A stretch of 57,540 bases of DNA from Burkholderiales bacterium 68-10 (GTDB lineage: Bacteria > Pseudomonadota > Gammaproteobacteria > Burkholderiales > Burkholderiaceae_C): assembly GCA_001897615.1 (NCBI GenBank), contig MKTG01000048.1, positions 1-57,540 of the forward strand, read 5' to 3'. The notes under the pieces are model-generated. The model saw nothing but the letters and a program-made list of their open reading frames with translations. It had not been told where the DNA came from and searched no databases. Positions 27,853 to 39,252 of the stretch are shown piece by piece. The first letter of the stretch is position 1, and each line of letters begins with the position of its first letter. A program made the position numbers and the translations under genes.

Positions 27853-29271
27853 TCAGTCCGGATTATGCTCAGTTTTTTGTAGCATATCAACGATTTTCGC
27901 CGGCACGCCACCAATTGATCCGGCGCCCATGCACAACACCACGTCGCCGTCGCGGGCCTGTTCGGCGATGACGCGTGGCAGCTCCGCCACGTCGTCGACG
28001 AACAGCGGCTCGACCCTGCCGGCCACGCGCAGCGCGCGCGCCAGCGAGCGACCGTCGGCAGCCACGATGGGCTCCTCGCCCGCGGCGTAGACCTCGGTCA
28101 GCAGCACATGGTCGGCGCCGCCCAGCACCCGGACGAAGTCCTCGAAGCAGTCGCGCGTGCGGGTGTAGCGGTGCGGCTGGAACGCCAGCACCAGCCGCTG
28201 GCCGGGAAACGCGCCGCGCGCCGCGGCCAGCGTGGCCGCCATTTCCACCGGGTGATGACCGTAGTCGTCGATCACGACAAAGCGCCCGCCGTCCTGCGCC
28301 GGCAGTTCGCCATGGCGCTGGAAGCGCCGGCCCACGCCCTTGAACTCGGCCAGCGCCTTCTGGACCGCGGCATCGGGGATGTTCAGCTCGACCGCCACGG
28401 CGATGGCCGACAGCGCGTTGAGCACGTTGTGCTCGCCCGGCAGGTTGAGCACCACCGGCAGGTCGGGCAACTGCACGCCGTTGCGCCGCTGTACCGTGAA
28501 GTGCATCTGCGCGCCGACGGCGCGCACGTCGACGGCGCGCACCTGGGCGTCGGCGGCGAAGCCGTAGCTGGTGACCGGGCAGCTCAGCTCGCCGGCGATC
28601 TCGCGCACCGCCGGGCTCTCCAGGCACAGGATGGCGGTGCCGTAGAAGGGCATGCGGTGCAGGAAGTCGATGAAGGCCTTCTTGAGCCGGCCGAAGTCAT
28701 GGCCATAGGTCTCCATGTGGTCGGCGTCGATGTTGGTGACGACGGCCAGCACGGGCAGCAGGTTCAGGAACGAGGCGTCGGATTCGTCGGCCTCGACCAC
28801 GATGTAGTCGCCCGCGCCCAGCCGCGCATTGGCGCCGGCGCTGTTCAGGCGACCGCCGATGACGAAGGTGGGGTCCAGGCCAGCCTCGGCCAGCACGCTG
28901 GCCACCAGGCTGGTGGTGGTGGTCTTGCCGTGCGTGCCGGCGATGGCGATGCCCTGCTTCAGGCGCATCAGCTCGGCCAGCATCATGGCGCGCGGCACCA
29001 CCGGGATGCGGCGCTCGCGCGCGATCAGCACCTCGGGGTTGTCGGACTTGACGGCGGTGGAGGTGACCACCGCGTCCGCGCCCTCGACGTGGGTCGCGGC
29101 GTGGCCGATGAAGGTGCGGATGCCCAGTCCCGCCAGGCGACGCAGCACGGGGCCGTCCGCCAGGTCGGAGCCGGAAATCACGTAACCCAGGTTGTGCAGC
29201 ACCTCGGCGATGCCGCTCATGCCGGCGCCGCCGACGCCGACGAAGTGGATGTGGCGGATGGCGTGTCTCAT
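27853..29271 (-). CDS. murC: UDP-N-acetylmuramate--L-alanine ligase
   Basis: [19 protein letters not shown]…[11 protein letters not shown]. Confidence 0.96.
   Translation of the reverse strand: MRHAIRHIHFVGVGGAGMSGIAEVLHNLGYVISGSDLADGPVLRRLAGLGIRTFIGHAATHVEGADAVVTSTAVKSDNPEVLIARERRIPVVPRAMMLAELMRLKQGIAIAGTHGKTTTTSLVASVLAEAGLDPTFVIGGRLNSAGANARLGAGDYIVVEADESDASFLNLLPVLAVVTNIDADHMETYGHDFGRLKKAFIDFLHRMPFYGTAILCLESPAVREIAGELSCPVTSYGFAADAQVRAVDVRAVGAQMHFTVQRRNGVQLPDLPVVLNLPGEHNVLNALSAIAVAVELNIPDAAVQKALAEFKGVGRRFQRHGELPAQDGGRFVVIDDYGHHPVEMAATLAAARGAFPGQRLVLAFQPHRYTRTRDCFEDFVRVLGGADHVLLTEVYAAGEEPIVAADGRSLARALRVAGRVEPLFVDDVAELPRVIAEQARDGDVVLCMGAGSIGGVPAKIVDMLQKTEHNPD
27862..27890 (-). promoter_or_regulatory. 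Candidate internal sigma-70 promoter for ddl-ftsQAZ, inside the murC 3' end
   Basis: The minus strand reads TTGATA (27885-27890), a 17-nt spacer, then CATAAT (27862-27867), in an unusually AT-rich patch. The -10 element lies only ~20 nt upstream of the ddl ATG. Confidence 0.3.
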
Positions 29272-30341
29272 GCGGCCAGCCCCTCGCAGGCGGCGACCAC
29301 CTCGTCGACCGCCTGGGTCTTTTGCATGGTTTTGGCCTTTAGCGCCCGCTCCACCAGCGCCAGACGCTCTATATTTTGTAGCATTTTCGCCAAGTGTTCG
29401 GGGTTCAGTTCGCTTTGCGGAACCAGCCAGCCAGCCCCCTGATCGACCAGGAAGCGGGCGTTGGTGGTCTGGTGGTCGTCCACCGCGTGCGGAAACGGCA
29501 CGAACAGCGCCGCCGCGCCGATGGCGGCGATCTCGGTGACCGTGGTGGCGCCGGCGCGGCAGATCACCAGGTCGGCCTCGGCCAGGGCCTGGGCCATGTC
29601 GTCGATGAAGGGCAGCAGTTCGGCCTGCACGCCGGCGGCGGCATAGTTGGCGCGCAGGGCATCGATCTGTCGGGCGCCGCTCTGGTGCTGGACGATCGGC
29701 CGCTCGCCCACCGGCAGCAGGGCCAGCGCGCGCGGCACCACGTCGTTGAGTGCCTGCGCGCCCAGGCTGCCACCCACGACCAGCAGGCGCAGCGGGCCGC
29801 TGCGCCCGGCAAAGCGCGCCCGCGGATCGGGGTAGAGCGTGAAGGCCTCGCGCAGCGGATTGCCGACCCAGCGCACCTGGCGCGCCCTGGGCAACACGCC
29901 CGGAAAGGCGGTGAACACGCGGTCGGCCACGCTAGCGAGCACCCTGTTGGCCATGCCGGCCACGGAATTCTGCTCGTGCAGCACCAGCGGCTTGTTCAAG
30001 GCCACGCCCATCAGGCCACCCGGGAAGGTGATGTAGCCGCCCAGGCCCACCAGCACATCGGGTTTGACGCGCCGGATCACGCCGATGCTCTGCGCGAATG
30101 CCCGCAGCAGCCGCAGCGGCAGCAGCGCCAGCGTCGCCAGGCCCTTGCCGCGCACGCCGCCGAAATCGATCGCCTCGAACGGGTAGCCGCGCGGCGGCAC
30201 CAGCTGCGCCTCCATGCTGGCGGGCGCGCCCAGCCAGTGCACGCGCCAGCCGCGCGCGCGCAGCGCGTCGGCCACGGCCAGGCCGGGAAAAATGTGGCCG
30301 CCGGTGCCCCCGGCCATCACCAGGGCGCATTTCTGGGTCAT
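29268..30341 (-). CDS. murG: UDP-N-acetylglucosamine--N-acetylmuramyl-(pentapeptide) pyrophosphoryl-undecaprenol GlcNAc transferase
   Basis: [27 protein letters not shown]…. I set the start at ATG 30341, overlapping the ftsW stop. The 859-aa ORF-track call runs on in frame upstream and is not real. Confidence 0.95.
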   Translation of the reverse strand: MTQKCALVMAGGTGGHIFPGLAVADALRARGWRVHWLGAPASMEAQLVPPRGYPFEAIDFGGVRGKGLATLALLPLRLLRAFAQSIGVIRRVKPDVLVGLGGYITFPGGLMGVALNKPLVLHEQNSVAGMANRVLASVADRVFTAFPGVLPRARQVRWVGNPLREAFTLYPDPRARFAGRSGPLRLLVVGGSLGAQALNDVVPRALALLPVGERPIVQHQSGARQIDALRANYAAAGVQAELLPFIDDMAQALAEADLVICRAGATTVTEIAAIGAAALFVPFPHAVDDHQTTNARFLVDQGAGWLVPQSELNPEHLAKMLQNIERLALVERALKAKTMQKTQAVDEVVAACEGLAA

Positions 30342-31609
30342 GCGCGGCCCCCGTGCATCAGGCGGCGGTTCTCGACATCGACGCGCAACACGATGGCAAT
30401 GGCCACCAGGTTGGCCATGATGGCCGAGCCGCCGTAGCTCATGAAGGGCAGGGTCAGGCCCTTGGTGGGCAACGCGCCCAGGTTGACGCCGATGTTGATG
30501 AAGGCCTGGAAACCCAGCCACAGGCCGATGCCTTGCGCCACCAGGCCGGAGAACACGCGGTCCAGCGCAATGGCCTGGCGGCCGATGTGCATGATGCGGC
30601 GCGTCAGCCAGAAGAACAGGAAGATCACGCACACCAGGCCGACCAAGCCGAATTCCTCGCCGATCACCGCCAGCAGGAAGTCGGTATGCGCCTCGGGCAG
30701 CCAGTGCAGCTTCTCGATGCTGCCGCCCAGGCCGACGCCGAAGATCTCGCCGCGTCCGATGGCGATCAGCGCGTGCGACAGCTGGTAGCCCTTGCCCAGC
30801 GCATGGTCCTCGCTGAACGGATCGAGGTAGGCAAAGATGCGCTCGCGTCGCCAGGGCGAGGCCCAGATCATCACCGCGAAGGCCACCACCAGGACCGCCG
30901 CGATCATGAAGAACATGCGCGCGTTGACACCGCCCAGGAACAGGATGCCCATGGCGATCACGGCAATCACCAGAAAGGCCCCCATGTCGGGCTGCGCCAG
31001 CAGCAGCAGGCCGACCACGCCGACGGCCACGCCCATGGGCAGCACGGCGCGGAAGAACCGCTCCTTGACCTCCATCTTGCGCACCATGTAGTCGGACGCG
31101 TACAGCAGCACGGCGATCTTGGCCAGCTCGGACGGCTGGAAGTTGATGGGCCCAAGCGAAATCCAGCGCCGCGCGCCGTTGACCACGGTCCCCACGTGCG
31201 GAATCAGCACCGCGATGAGCAGCGCCAGCGCGCCGACGAACAACCAGGGGGCGACCTTTTCCCACCAGTCCATGCGCACCTGGAAGGCGATCAGCGCCGC
31301 CACGAAGGACAGCACGATCCAGAACGCGTGCCGCAACACGAAATAGCCCGGTGAATAACGAGCGAAGCGCGGATTGTCGGGCAACGCGATGCTGGCCGAA
31401 TACACCATCACCAGACCCCAGGCCAGCAGCGCCACGCAAACCCAGATCAACGACTGGTCGAAGCCCAGCACCCGCGTGGGCGTGCTGGCGGTGCGCGCAT
31501 ACGGCATGCCGCCGATGCGCACCGGCAGGTCGTCGGTCGGGCGCTGGCGCGGCCGCGCCCGGCGCGCCTTCTTGCCAACGGGCGGCAGGGCTTCGGCGGT
31601 GGTGCTCAT
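30338..31609 (-). CDS. ftsW: Lipid II flippase / peptidoglycan polymerase FtsW (SEDS family)
   Basis: Ten predicted transmembrane helices and SEDS motifs (…[12 protein letters not shown]…[17 protein letters not shown]…). Confidence 0.94.
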   Translation of the reverse strand: MSTTAEALPPVGKKARRARPRQRPTDDLPVRIGGMPYARTASTPTRVLGFDQSLIWVCVALLAWGLVMVYSASIALPDNPRFARYSPGYFVLRHAFWIVLSFVAALIAFQVRMDWWEKVAPWLFVGALALLIAVLIPHVGTVVNGARRWISLGPINFQPSELAKIAVLLYASDYMVRKMEVKERFFRAVLPMGVAVGVVGLLLLAQPDMGAFLVIAVIAMGILFLGGVNARMFFMIAAVLVVAFAVMIWASPWRRERIFAYLDPFSEDHALGKGYQLSHALIAIGRGEIFGVGLGGSIEKLHWLPEAHTDFLLAVIGEEFGLVGLVCVIFLFFWLTRRIMHIGRQAIALDRVFSGLVAQGIGLWLGFQAFINIGVNLGALPTKGLTLPFMSYGGSAIMANLVAIAIVLRVDVENRRLMHGGRA

Positions 31610-33129
31610 GCCAGCATCTCCAGCTCGACGCCGGCCGCCAGCGCCTGATCGCGCACGGCGGCACGAAAAGCGTCGGCGCGCGCCACGTAGTTGGCGTACA
31701 TGTCCAGGCTGGCGCAGGCTGGTGACAGCAGCACGGCATCGCCCGGCTGCGCGCGCTCGCGCGCCAGCGCCACGGCGCCGGCCATGTCGTCGGCGTCGCG
31801 CAGCGGCACCCCGGCGTCCTGCAGGGCGGCGCGAATCTGGGGCGCATCGCGCCCGATCAGCAGCACCGCGCGCGCGCAGCGCGACACCGGCGCCGCCAGC
31901 GGCGAGAAGTCCTGCCCCTTGCCGTCGCCGCCCAGGATCACCACCAGCTTGCGCTCGGCACCCAGGCCTTCCAGCGCCGCCACCGTGGCGCCCACGTTGG
32001 TGCCCTTGCTGTCGTCGAAATACTCGATGCCTTCCAGCATGCCGACCGACTCCACGCGATGCGGCTCGCCGCGGTATTCGCGCAGGCCGTACAGCATCGG
32101 CCCGAGCGCGCAGCCGGCGCTGCTGGCCAGGGCCAGCGCGGCCAGCGCGTTGACCGCGTTGTGGCGGCCGCGGATGCGCAGCGCATCGGCCGGCATCAGG
32201 CGCTGGATGTGCAGCTCGACCTCGGCGCCCTTGCGGCGGCGCTGGGTCTCGTCGGCCTCCTGCGCGCGCACCAGCCAGGCCATGCCGGCCACCACCTCGA
32301 TGCCGAAGTCCCCGGGTGCCTCGGGCAGGTCGGCGCCAAAGGTCACGACGCTGCGCGGTGCCGGCCGCGGCCCCTTGACCGGCTTGGCCGCGAGCGCCGG
32401 CCGCATGCCGCTCACCACCGGGTCGTTGCGGTTCAGCAGCATCACGCCGTGCTCGCCAAACACCCTCGCCTTGGCCGCCGCGTAAGCCGCCATGTCGCCA
32501 TGCCAGTCCAGGTGATCCTGCGTGACGTTGAGCACCGTGGCCGCCGTCGGCTCGAAGCCCACCACCCCGTCCAGCTGAAAACTCGACAGCTCCAGCACCC
32601 AGACCCGCGGCAGCGCCTCACCATCGAGCCGCGCCTGCAGCGTGTCGAGCAGGCTGGGTCCGATGTTGCCGGCCACCGCCACCGACAGACCGGCGCGCTC
32701 CACCAGCTGGCCGGTGAGCGCGGTCACCGTGGTTTTGCCGTTGGTGCCGGTAACCGCCAGCAGCGCCGGCTGGTAGTCGCGCTGCTGCTTCAGGCCCGCC
32801 AGCGCCTGCACGAACAGGTCCAGCTCGCCTCCCACCGGCAGGCCGCGCTCGCGCGCCGCCCGTGCCACGCCGGCGATGCTGGCGGGCGACAGCCCGGGGC
32901 TGCGGTAGACAGCGCGCACGCTGGCGTCGTCCAGCAGCGACGCATCCAGCGCGCCGGACACGAATCGCGCCGTCGGCAGCTGCTGGCGCAGCGCGGCCAG
33001 CTGGGGCGGCTCGGCGCGCGTGTCGGCCACCGTCACCGATGCCCCCTGCGCCGCGCACCAGCGCGCCATGGCCAGGCCCGACAGGCCCAGACCCAGCACC
33101 AGCACATGACGGTCTTGCAACAGGTTCAC
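31606..33129 (-). CDS. murD: UDP-N-acetylmuramoylalanine--D-glutamate ligase
   Basis: [16 protein letters not shown]…[14 protein letters not shown]. Confidence 0.94.
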   Translation of the reverse strand: MNLLQDRHVLVLGLGLSGLAMARWCAAQGASVTVADTRAEPPQLAALRQQLPTARFVSGALDASLLDDASVRAVYRSPGLSPASIAGVARAARERGLPVGGELDLFVQALAGLKQQRDYQPALLAVTGTNGKTTVTALTGQLVERAGLSVAVAGNIGPSLLDTLQARLDGEALPRVWVLELSSFQLDGVVGFEPTAATVLNVTQDHLDWHGDMAAYAAAKARVFGEHGVMLLNRNDPVVSGMRPALAAKPVKGPRPAPRSVVTFGADLPEAPGDFGIEVVAGMAWLVRAQEADETQRRRKGAEVELHIQRLMPADALRIRGRHNAVNALAALALASSAGCALGPMLYGLREYRGEPHRVESVGMLEGIEYFDDSKGTNVGATVAALEGLGAERKLVVILGGDGKGQDFSPLAAPVSRCARAVLLIGRDAPQIRAALQDAGVPLRDADDMAGAVALARERAQPGDAVLLSPACASLDMYANYVARADAFRAAVRDQALAAGVELEMLA

Positions 33130-33132
33130 GGG

Positions 33133-34311
33133 CTACCTCAGCTTGAGCGATGACAGCCCCACCAGGCACAGCAGCATGGTGATGATCCAGAAGCGCACCA
33201 CGACCTTGGTCTCGGCCCAGCCGTTCTTCTCGAAATGGTGGTGCAACGGCGCCATCTTGAGCAGGCGCCGGCCCTCGCCATAGCGCCGCTTGGTGTACTT
33301 GAACCAGCCCACCTGCGCGATCACCGACAGCGCCTCGACCACGAAGATGCCGCCCATGATGGCGAGCACGATTTCCTGCCGCACGATGACGGCGATGGTG
33401 CCCAGCGCGCCGCCCAGGGCCAGCGCGCCAACGTCACCCATGAACACCTGCGCCGGATGGGCGTTGAACCACAGGAAGGCCAAGCCGGCGCCGGCCAGCG
33501 CGGCGCAAAAGATCAGCAGCTCGCCCGTGCCCGGAATGTGCGGAATCAGCAGGTAACGCGCATACACCGTGTTGCCGGTGACGTAGGCGAACACGCCCAG
33601 CGCCGAACCGACCAGGATCACCGGCATGATGGCCAGGCCGTCCAGGCCGTCGGTCAAGTTGACCGCGTTGCTGGCGCCGACGATGACCAGGTAGCTCAGG
33701 ACCACGAAGCCCAGCACGCCCAGCGGGTAACTGATTTCCTTGAAGAACGGCACCAGCAGGCCGGCGGCGGGCGGCAGGTCGATGCTGAAGCCGGAGCCGA
33801 CCCAGTTGACGAACAGCGCCCAGACACGTGCGTTGGACGCTTCAGAAATGCTGAACACCAGGTAGAAGGCCGCCACCAGCCCGATCACCGATTGCCAGAA
33901 GTACTTCTCGCGCGAGCGCATGCCTTCCGGGTCCTTGTTGACCACCTTGCGCCAGTCGTCGACCCAGCCGATGGCGCCGAAGCCGAAGGTGACCACCATG
34001 ACGACCCACACGAAGCGGTTCGACCAGTCGAACCACAGCAGGGTCGAGATGGCGATCGACAGCAGGATCAGCACGCCGCCCATGGTGGGCGTGCCGCTCT
34101 TGACCAGGTGGGACTGCATGGCGTAGCCGCGCACGGGCTGGCCGATCTTCAGCGCCGTCAGCCGGCGAATCACCCAGGGCCCGAAGGCGATGCCGATGAC
34201 CAGCGCGGTCATCGCCGCCATCACGGCGCGGAAGGTGAGGTACTGGAAGACGCGGAAGAAGCCGAATTCCGGCGACAGCGTCTGCAGCCAGGCGGCCAGA
34301 CTAAGCAGCAT
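33133..34311 (-). CDS. mraY: Phospho-N-acetylmuramoyl-pentapeptide transferase
   Basis: [29 protein letters not shown]…[13 protein letters not shown]…HHHFE. Start taken as ATG 34311; ATG 34332 is also possible. Confidence 0.93.
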   Translation of the reverse strand: MLLSLAAWLQTLSPEFGFFRVFQYLTFRAVMAAMTALVIGIAFGPWVIRRLTALKIGQPVRGYAMQSHLVKSGTPTMGGVLILLSIAISTLLWFDWSNRFVWVVMVVTFGFGAIGWVDDWRKVVNKDPEGMRSREKYFWQSVIGLVAAFYLVFSISEASNARVWALFVNWVGSGFSIDLPPAAGLLVPFFKEISYPLGVLGFVVLSYLVIVGASNAVNLTDGLDGLAIMPVILVGSALGVFAYVTGNTVYARYLLIPHIPGTGELLIFCAALAGAGLAFLWFNAHPAQVFMGDVGALALGGALGTIAVIVRQEIVLAIMGGIFVVEALSVIAQVGWFKYTKRRYGEGRRLLKMAPLHHHFEKNGWAETKVVVRFWIITMLLCLVGLSSLKLR

Positions 34312-35710
34312 CGTGAGCCTCCTCCTCGCCAAGGGTGGACGCCATCAGCGCCTCGACCACGCGTTCCATGCGCATGAAGCGCGAGCCCTTGACCGCCACC
34401 GTGGCGCACTGCGGCAGGTGCGTGCGCACGGCGTCGATCAGCGCCGTGATGTCGTCGAAATGCCGCCCGCCACCGAAGGCCATCGCGGCATGGATGGCCA
34501 GCGGCCCGTGCGCCAGCAGCCGCTCCACGCCACGCTGGCGCGCGTAGACGCCGACCTCGGCATGAAAGGCCGGACCCTGTTCGCCCACTTCGCCCATGTC
34601 GCCCAGCACCAGCAGGCGCGGACCGGGCAGTTCGGCCAGGACGTCGATCACCGCGCGCACCGAATCCGGATTGGCGTTGTAGGTGTCGTCCACCACGGTG
34701 ATGGCGCGCCCGCGTTGCCGCAGCACCAGCGTGCGCGAACGGCCCCTGACCGGACGAAACGCGTCCAGGCCCTGCGCGATAACCGGCAGGGCCGCGCCGG
34801 CAGCCAGCGCACAGGCCGTGGCGGCCAGGGCGTTGTGCAGGTTGTGACGGCCGGCGACGTGCAGGGCGCAATCGAACTCGCCCGCTGGCGTGCCGATCCT
34901 GGCCGTCCAGTGGTCCACCGTCCATGCGGCGCTGACCAGGGTCACCTGGCCGGTGTCGCCAAAGTCCAGCACGCGCCGGCCGGCCGCCAGCGCCCGCCAG
35001 AGCGGGCTGTAGGTGTCGGCGGCCGGATACACGGCCACGCCGCCGGCCGGCAGCGCCGCCAGCACGGCGCCGTTTTCATGGGCCACGGCCTCCACGCTGG
35101 CCATGAACTCCTGGTGTTCGCGCTGGGCGTTGTTGACCACGGCGACGGTCGGCGCGGCGATGGCCGCCAGGCAGGCGATCTCGCCAGGGTGGTTCATGCC
35201 CAGTTCCACCACCGCCACCCGGTGCTCGGAACGCAGGCGCAACAGCGTCAGCGGCACGCCGATGTCGTTGTTCAGATTGCCTTCGGTGGCCAGCGCGGCG
35301 TCGCCCTGCCAGACGCGCAGGATCGAGGCGATCATCTGCGTCACCGTGGTCTTGCCGTTGCTGCCGGTGACGGCGATGAGCGGGCCGCTGAAGCGCTGGC
35401 GCCACTGGCCCGCCAGCTCGCCCAGGGCAAGCCTGGCATCGGGCACCAGCACCCCCGGCAGGCCACAGGCCGCCAACTGGGCCGCCGCCCTGTCGTCGCA
35501 CAGCACCGCCACGGCGCCCCGCGCGGCGGCCTCGGGCAGGAAGCTGGCGGCGTCGAAGCGTTCACCCTTCAGGGCCACGAACAGGTCGCCCGCCTGCAGG
35601 CTGCGGGTGTCGGTGTGCACGCGCGCGCAGCGCACGGCGCCATCGCCCACCAGGCGGGCATTGTTCAGCCAGCCGACCAGTTCGTGCAAGGTCAGGTTCA
35701 TGGCGCTCAT
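34301..35710 (-). CDS. murF: UDP-N-acetylmuramoyl-tripeptide--D-alanyl-D-alanine ligase
   Basis: [15 protein letters not shown]…[17 protein letters not shown] 35710 overlaps the murE stop. Confidence 0.92.
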   Translation of the reverse strand: MSAMNLTLHELVGWLNNARLVGDGAVRCARVHTDTRSLQAGDLFVALKGERFDAASFLPEAAARGAVAVLCDDRAAAQLAACGLPGVLVPDARLALGELAGQWRQRFSGPLIAVTGSNGKTTVTQMIASILRVWQGDAALATEGNLNNDIGVPLTLLRLRSEHRVAVVELGMNHPGEIACLAAIAAPTVAVVNNAQREHQEFMASVEAVAHENGAVLAALPAGGVAVYPAADTYSPLWRALAAGRRVLDFGDTGQVTLVSAAWTVDHWTARIGTPAGEFDCALHVAGRHNLHNALAATACALAAGAALPVIAQGLDAFRPVRGRSRTLVLRQRGRAITVVDDTYNANPDSVRAVIDVLAELPGPRLLVLGDMGEVGEQGPAFHAEVGVYARQRGVERLLAHGPLAIHAAMAFGGGRHFDDITALIDAVRTHLPQCATVAVKGSRFMRMERVVEALMASTLGEEEAHDAA

Positions 35711-37212
35711 GCGGACGCACCTCCCGGCACGGCGCGCCGCTGCAAGGCTTGGCGCGCGATCGCCTGGTCGGAAAACGGACTGCGCTTGCCGCGCACTTCC
35801 TGGTAGTCCTCGTGACCCTTGCCGGCGATCAGCACCACGTCGGCCGGATCGGCGTCGGCCAGCGCGCGTTCGATGGCCTGGGCGCGATCGACCTCGATGA
35901 CCGCCGCCCCGGCGTCGCGCAGGCCGGCGCGCATGGCCTCGACGATGGCCCGCGGCTCTTCGTCGCGCGGGTTGTCGCTGGTCAGCACCAGGCGGTCGGC
36001 CCCGCGTTCGGCGGCCTGCGCCATCAGCGGGCGCTTGCCGGCATCGCGGTTGCCGCCACAGCCGAACACGCACCACAGATGTCCGCCGCGCTGCGCCGCC
36101 AGCGGGCGCAACGCCTGCAGCACCTTGTCGATGGCGTCGGGCGTATGGGCGTAGTCCACCACCGCCAGCGGCGTGCCCGGCAGGCCGATGCGCTCCATGC
36201 GGCCGGGCACGGCGGGCAGGTCGGCGCAGGCGGCCACCGCATCAGGCAGCGGCACGCCCAGCGCCCGCAGCGCGCCCAGCACGCCCATCAGGTTGTCGAT
36301 GTTGTAGTCACCCACCAGCGCGGTGCGGATGGCGACGCTCTGGGCGCCCTCGCGCACCACCCATTGCAGGCCCTCGTCGGCGTAGCCGATGTCGGTGGCC
36401 CGCAGGCGTGCATCGCGCCCGCGGGCCACGGTCCAGGTGTCCAGCCCGCGCGCCTGGGCCTTGGCCACCAGTTCGCCGGCGCGTGGGTCGTCGGCCTGAA
36501 TCACCGCCGCCCGCAGGCCGGGCCAGTCGAACAGGGCGGCCTTGGCCTGCCAGTAGGCCTGCATGCTGCCGTGGTAGTCGAGGTGATCCTGCGTGAAATT
36601 GGTGAACACGGCGACGCGGATGGCGGTGCCGTCCAGGCGCCGCTCGGCGATGCCGATGGACGAGGCCTCGATGGCGCAGGAGCGCACCCCCGCGTCCACC
36701 AGCTCGCGAAAGCGCCGCTGCAGCAGCACCGGATCGGGGGTGGTCATGCCGGTGGTTTGCAGCGCCCCTGGCAGACCCACACCCAAGGTACCCACCAGCG
36801 CGCACGGGGCAAGCGCCGGCAGCTGCGTTTTCGATAGCGCCCAGCTCATCCACCAGGCGGTCGAGGTTTTGCCGTTGGTGCCGGTGACGGCAAGCACCTG
36901 CAGGGCCTGCGAGGGCGCCCCGTGGTACGCGGCGGCGATCGGTCCGGTGTCGGCCTTCAGGTTCGGGTAGCGGGCCACCTGGGGCTGATCGAAGCCGAAG
37001 GCCTGCGCGCCGTCCTGCTCCACCAGACAGGCGCTCGCCCCCTGTGCCAGCGCGGCCGCGACGAAGCGACGGCCATCGGTGGCCGCGCCGGGCCAGGCGA
37101 TGAAGCCGTCGCCCGGCTGCACCTGGCGGCTGTCGGCGTGCAGCTGGCCGGTCACCCGCTCGCGCAGCCAGCGGGCGGCCTCGGTCGGGGTGTGCAGCGT
37201 GACGGTGGTCAT
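35707..37212 (-). CDS. murE: UDP-N-acetylmuramoyl-L-alanyl-D-glutamate--2,6-diaminopimelate ligase
   Basis: MTTVTLHTPTEAARWL…[14 protein letters not shown]…DNPR. I moved the start to ATG 37212. Confidence 0.92.
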   Translation of the reverse strand: MTTVTLHTPTEAARWLRERVTGQLHADSRQVQPGDGFIAWPGAATDGRRFVAAALAQGASACLVEQDGAQAFGFDQPQVARYPNLKADTGPIAAAYHGAPSQALQVLAVTGTNGKTSTAWWMSWALSKTQLPALAPCALVGTLGVGLPGALQTTGMTTPDPVLLQRRFRELVDAGVRSCAIEASSIGIAERRLDGTAIRVAVFTNFTQDHLDYHGSMQAYWQAKAALFDWPGLRAAVIQADDPRAGELVAKAQARGLDTWTVARGRDARLRATDIGYADEGLQWVVREGAQSVAIRTALVGDYNIDNLMGVLGALRALGVPLPDAVAACADLPAVPGRMERIGLPGTPLAVVDYAHTPDAIDKVLQALRPLAAQRGGHLWCVFGCGGNRDAGKRPLMAQAAERGADRLVLTSDNPRDEEPRAIVEAMRAGLRDAGAAVIEVDRAQAIERALADADPADVVLIAGKGHEDYQEVRGKRSPFSDQAIARQALQRRAVPGGASA

Positions 37213-37213
37213 G

Positions 37214-38950
37214 TCAGAACGACTCCTCGACCTGCTCGGCCACGATGGCCGGCTTGACCGCCATGTCGGGCTGCACGCCCATGATGCGCAGCGTCTGCTG
37301 CACGACTTCGCTGAACACCGGGGCGGCCACGGCGCCGCCGTAGTAGACGCCATTGCTCGGCTCGTCGACCATCACGGCGACGATGACGCGCGGCTTGTCG
37401 ATCGGCGCCATGCCGGTGAACCAGGCGCGGTACTTGTTGCTGGCGTAACCCTTGCCGACCTGCTTGCGCGCCGTGCCGGACTTGCCACCCACCGAATAGC
37501 CGACGGTCTGGGCTCGCTGGCCGGTGCCGCCGGGGCCGGCGGCCATCTCCAGCATCTTGCGCACGGCGCGCGCGTTCTTCTCCGAGAACACGCGCACTCC
37601 CTCCACCGTCGCGCCCTCGGGCGCCTTCAGCAGCGTGGCCGGGATCACCCGCCCGTCGTGCGAGAACGCGGTGTAGGAATGCGCCATCTGGAACAGCGAC
37701 GCCGACAGGCCGTAGCCGTAGGCCATGGTGGCCTGCTCCACCGGGCGCCAGCCCTTCCAGTGGCGCACCCGGCCGCTGGCGGCACCGGGGAACGCCAGGT
37801 CCGGCTTGCGGCCGTAGCCCAGCGCGGTATAGGTTTCCCACATCTCCTGCGCGGACAACCGTTGCGCGATCTTCAGCGAACCCACGTTGCTGGACTTCTG
37901 CACCACGCCCTCCACGGTCAGCGTGCCGTAGTTGTGGGTGTCGCGGATGGTGAATTTGTCCAGTTTGTAGGTGCCCGGCGCGGTGGCGATCAGCGTCTGC
38001 GGGGTCACCTTGCCGGCCTCCAGCGCCATGGCGACGGTGACCGGCTTCATGGTCGAGCCCGGCTCGAAGGTGTCGGTGATCGCGATGTTGCGCAGCTGCG
38101 CGCCGCTCAGGTGACGGCGGTTGTCGGGCGAGTAGCTGGGGTAGTTGGCCAGCGCCAGCACCTCGCCGGTCTGGGCGTCCAGCACCACCACGCTGCCGGA
38201 CTTGGCCTTGTGCGAGGTCACGGCGTCGCGCAGCTTCTGGTAGGCGAAGAACTGCACCTTCGAGTCGATCGACAGTTGCAGGTCCTGGCCATCCACCGGC
38301 GGAATTTCGTCGCCCACCGTCTCGACCACCCGGCCCAGCCGGTCCTTGATGACGCGGCGCGAGCCGGCGCGACCGGCCAGGCGCTTTTCAAACGACAGCT
38401 CGGCGCCTTCCTGCCCCTGGTTCTCGACGTTGGCGAAGCCGACCACGTGCGCCGCCGCCTCGCCCTCGGGGTACTTGCGCTTGTATTCCTTGCGCTGGTA
38501 GATGCCGGCCAGCTTCAGCGCGGCGATCTGCCGCGCCACGGGCTCATCGACCTGGCGCTTGAGCCAGACGAAGGTCTTGTCCTCGTCGGCCAGCTTCTTG
38601 TTCAGCTCGGCCAGCGGCATGCCCAGCAGGCGCGCCAGTTCGCGCCGCCTGGCCGGATCGCGCTCGACGTCCTCGGGGATGGCCCAGATGCTGGGCGCCA
38701 CCACGCTGGAGGCCAGCAGCAGGCCATTGCGATCGAGGATGCGACCACGGCTGGCCGGCAGCTCCAGCGTGCGCGCGAACCGCACCTGTCCCTGGCGCTG
38801 GAAGAAGGCGTTGTCGAACACCTGCACGTAGGCGGCGCGCCCGATCAGCACGATGAAGGCCAGCGCCAGCATGGCGACGATGAACTTGCTGCGCCACACC
38901 GGCGTCTTCGACGCCAGCAGCGGGCTGGAGGTGTAGCGGATGTCCCTCAT
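37214..38950 (-). CDS. ftsI: Peptidoglycan D,D-transpeptidase FtsI (PBP3)
   Basis: N-terminal transmembrane helix. Transpeptidase motifs STMK (EPGSTMKP), SSN (KSSNVG) and KSGT (GGKSGTA). ATG 38950 overlaps the ftsL stop. Confidence 0.92.
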   Translation of the reverse strand: MRDIRYTSSPLLASKTPVWRSKFIVAMLALAFIVLIGRAAYVQVFDNAFFQRQGQVRFARTLELPASRGRILDRNGLLLASSVVAPSIWAIPEDVERDPARRRELARLLGMPLAELNKKLADEDKTFVWLKRQVDEPVARQIAALKLAGIYQRKEYKRKYPEGEAAAHVVGFANVENQGQEGAELSFEKRLAGRAGSRRVIKDRLGRVVETVGDEIPPVDGQDLQLSIDSKVQFFAYQKLRDAVTSHKAKSGSVVVLDAQTGEVLALANYPSYSPDNRRHLSGAQLRNIAITDTFEPGSTMKPVTVAMALEAGKVTPQTLIATAPGTYKLDKFTIRDTHNYGTLTVEGVVQKSSNVGSLKIAQRLSAQEMWETYTALGYGRKPDLAFPGAASGRVRHWKGWRPVEQATMAYGYGLSASLFQMAHSYTAFSHDGRVIPATLLKAPEGATVEGVRVFSEKNARAVRKMLEMAAGPGGTGQRAQTVGYSVGGKSGTARKQVGKGYASNKYRAWFTGMAPIDKPRVIVAVMVDEPSNGVYYGGAVAAPVFSEVVQQTLRIMGVQPDMAVKPAIVAEQVEESF

Positions 38951-39252
38951 GGCCGCTCGCCTTGCGGCGCCGACGCCGCCGGCAGCGCCAGCGACGAGGT
39001 CACGTATTCGGTGATGGCCGGCGTGATGCTGCGCATGGCCAGCTTGTCGCGCGCCAGCTTCTCCACGCGCAGCGAGGTCGCCTCGGCGCGCTTTTCCACC
39101 TCCAGCCGGGCGCGCTCGGTTTCCAGGCGATGCGCTTCGGCGTTGGCCCGATCGAGGTCCGTGAACAGGCGACGCGAGTCGTACTGCACGCGCACCACGT
39201 ACAGCGCCGACACCATGACGGCCGCCAGCAGCATGATGGACAGGCGCGTCAT
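38947..39252 (-). CDS. ftsL: Cell division protein FtsL
   Basis: 101 aa: transmembrane helix [17 protein letters not shown] followed by a coiled coil. It sits at the canonical position between rsmH and ftsI. Confidence 0.88.
   Translation of the reverse strand: MTRLSIMLLAAVMVSALYVVRVQYDSRRLFTDLDRANAEAHRLETERARLEVEKRAEATSLRVEKLARDKLAMRSITPAITEYVTSSLALPAASAPQGERP

Noticed and set aside
29368-29395. AT-rich patch in the murG 3' region as an internal promoter for murC.
   Set aside because: A TATAGA -10-like hexamer is present, but no acceptable -35 lies at 16-18 nt. TTGGCG is only 14 nt away and the hexamers at the correct spacing do not resemble TTGACA. I kept it only as a sequence similarity to the murC patch.
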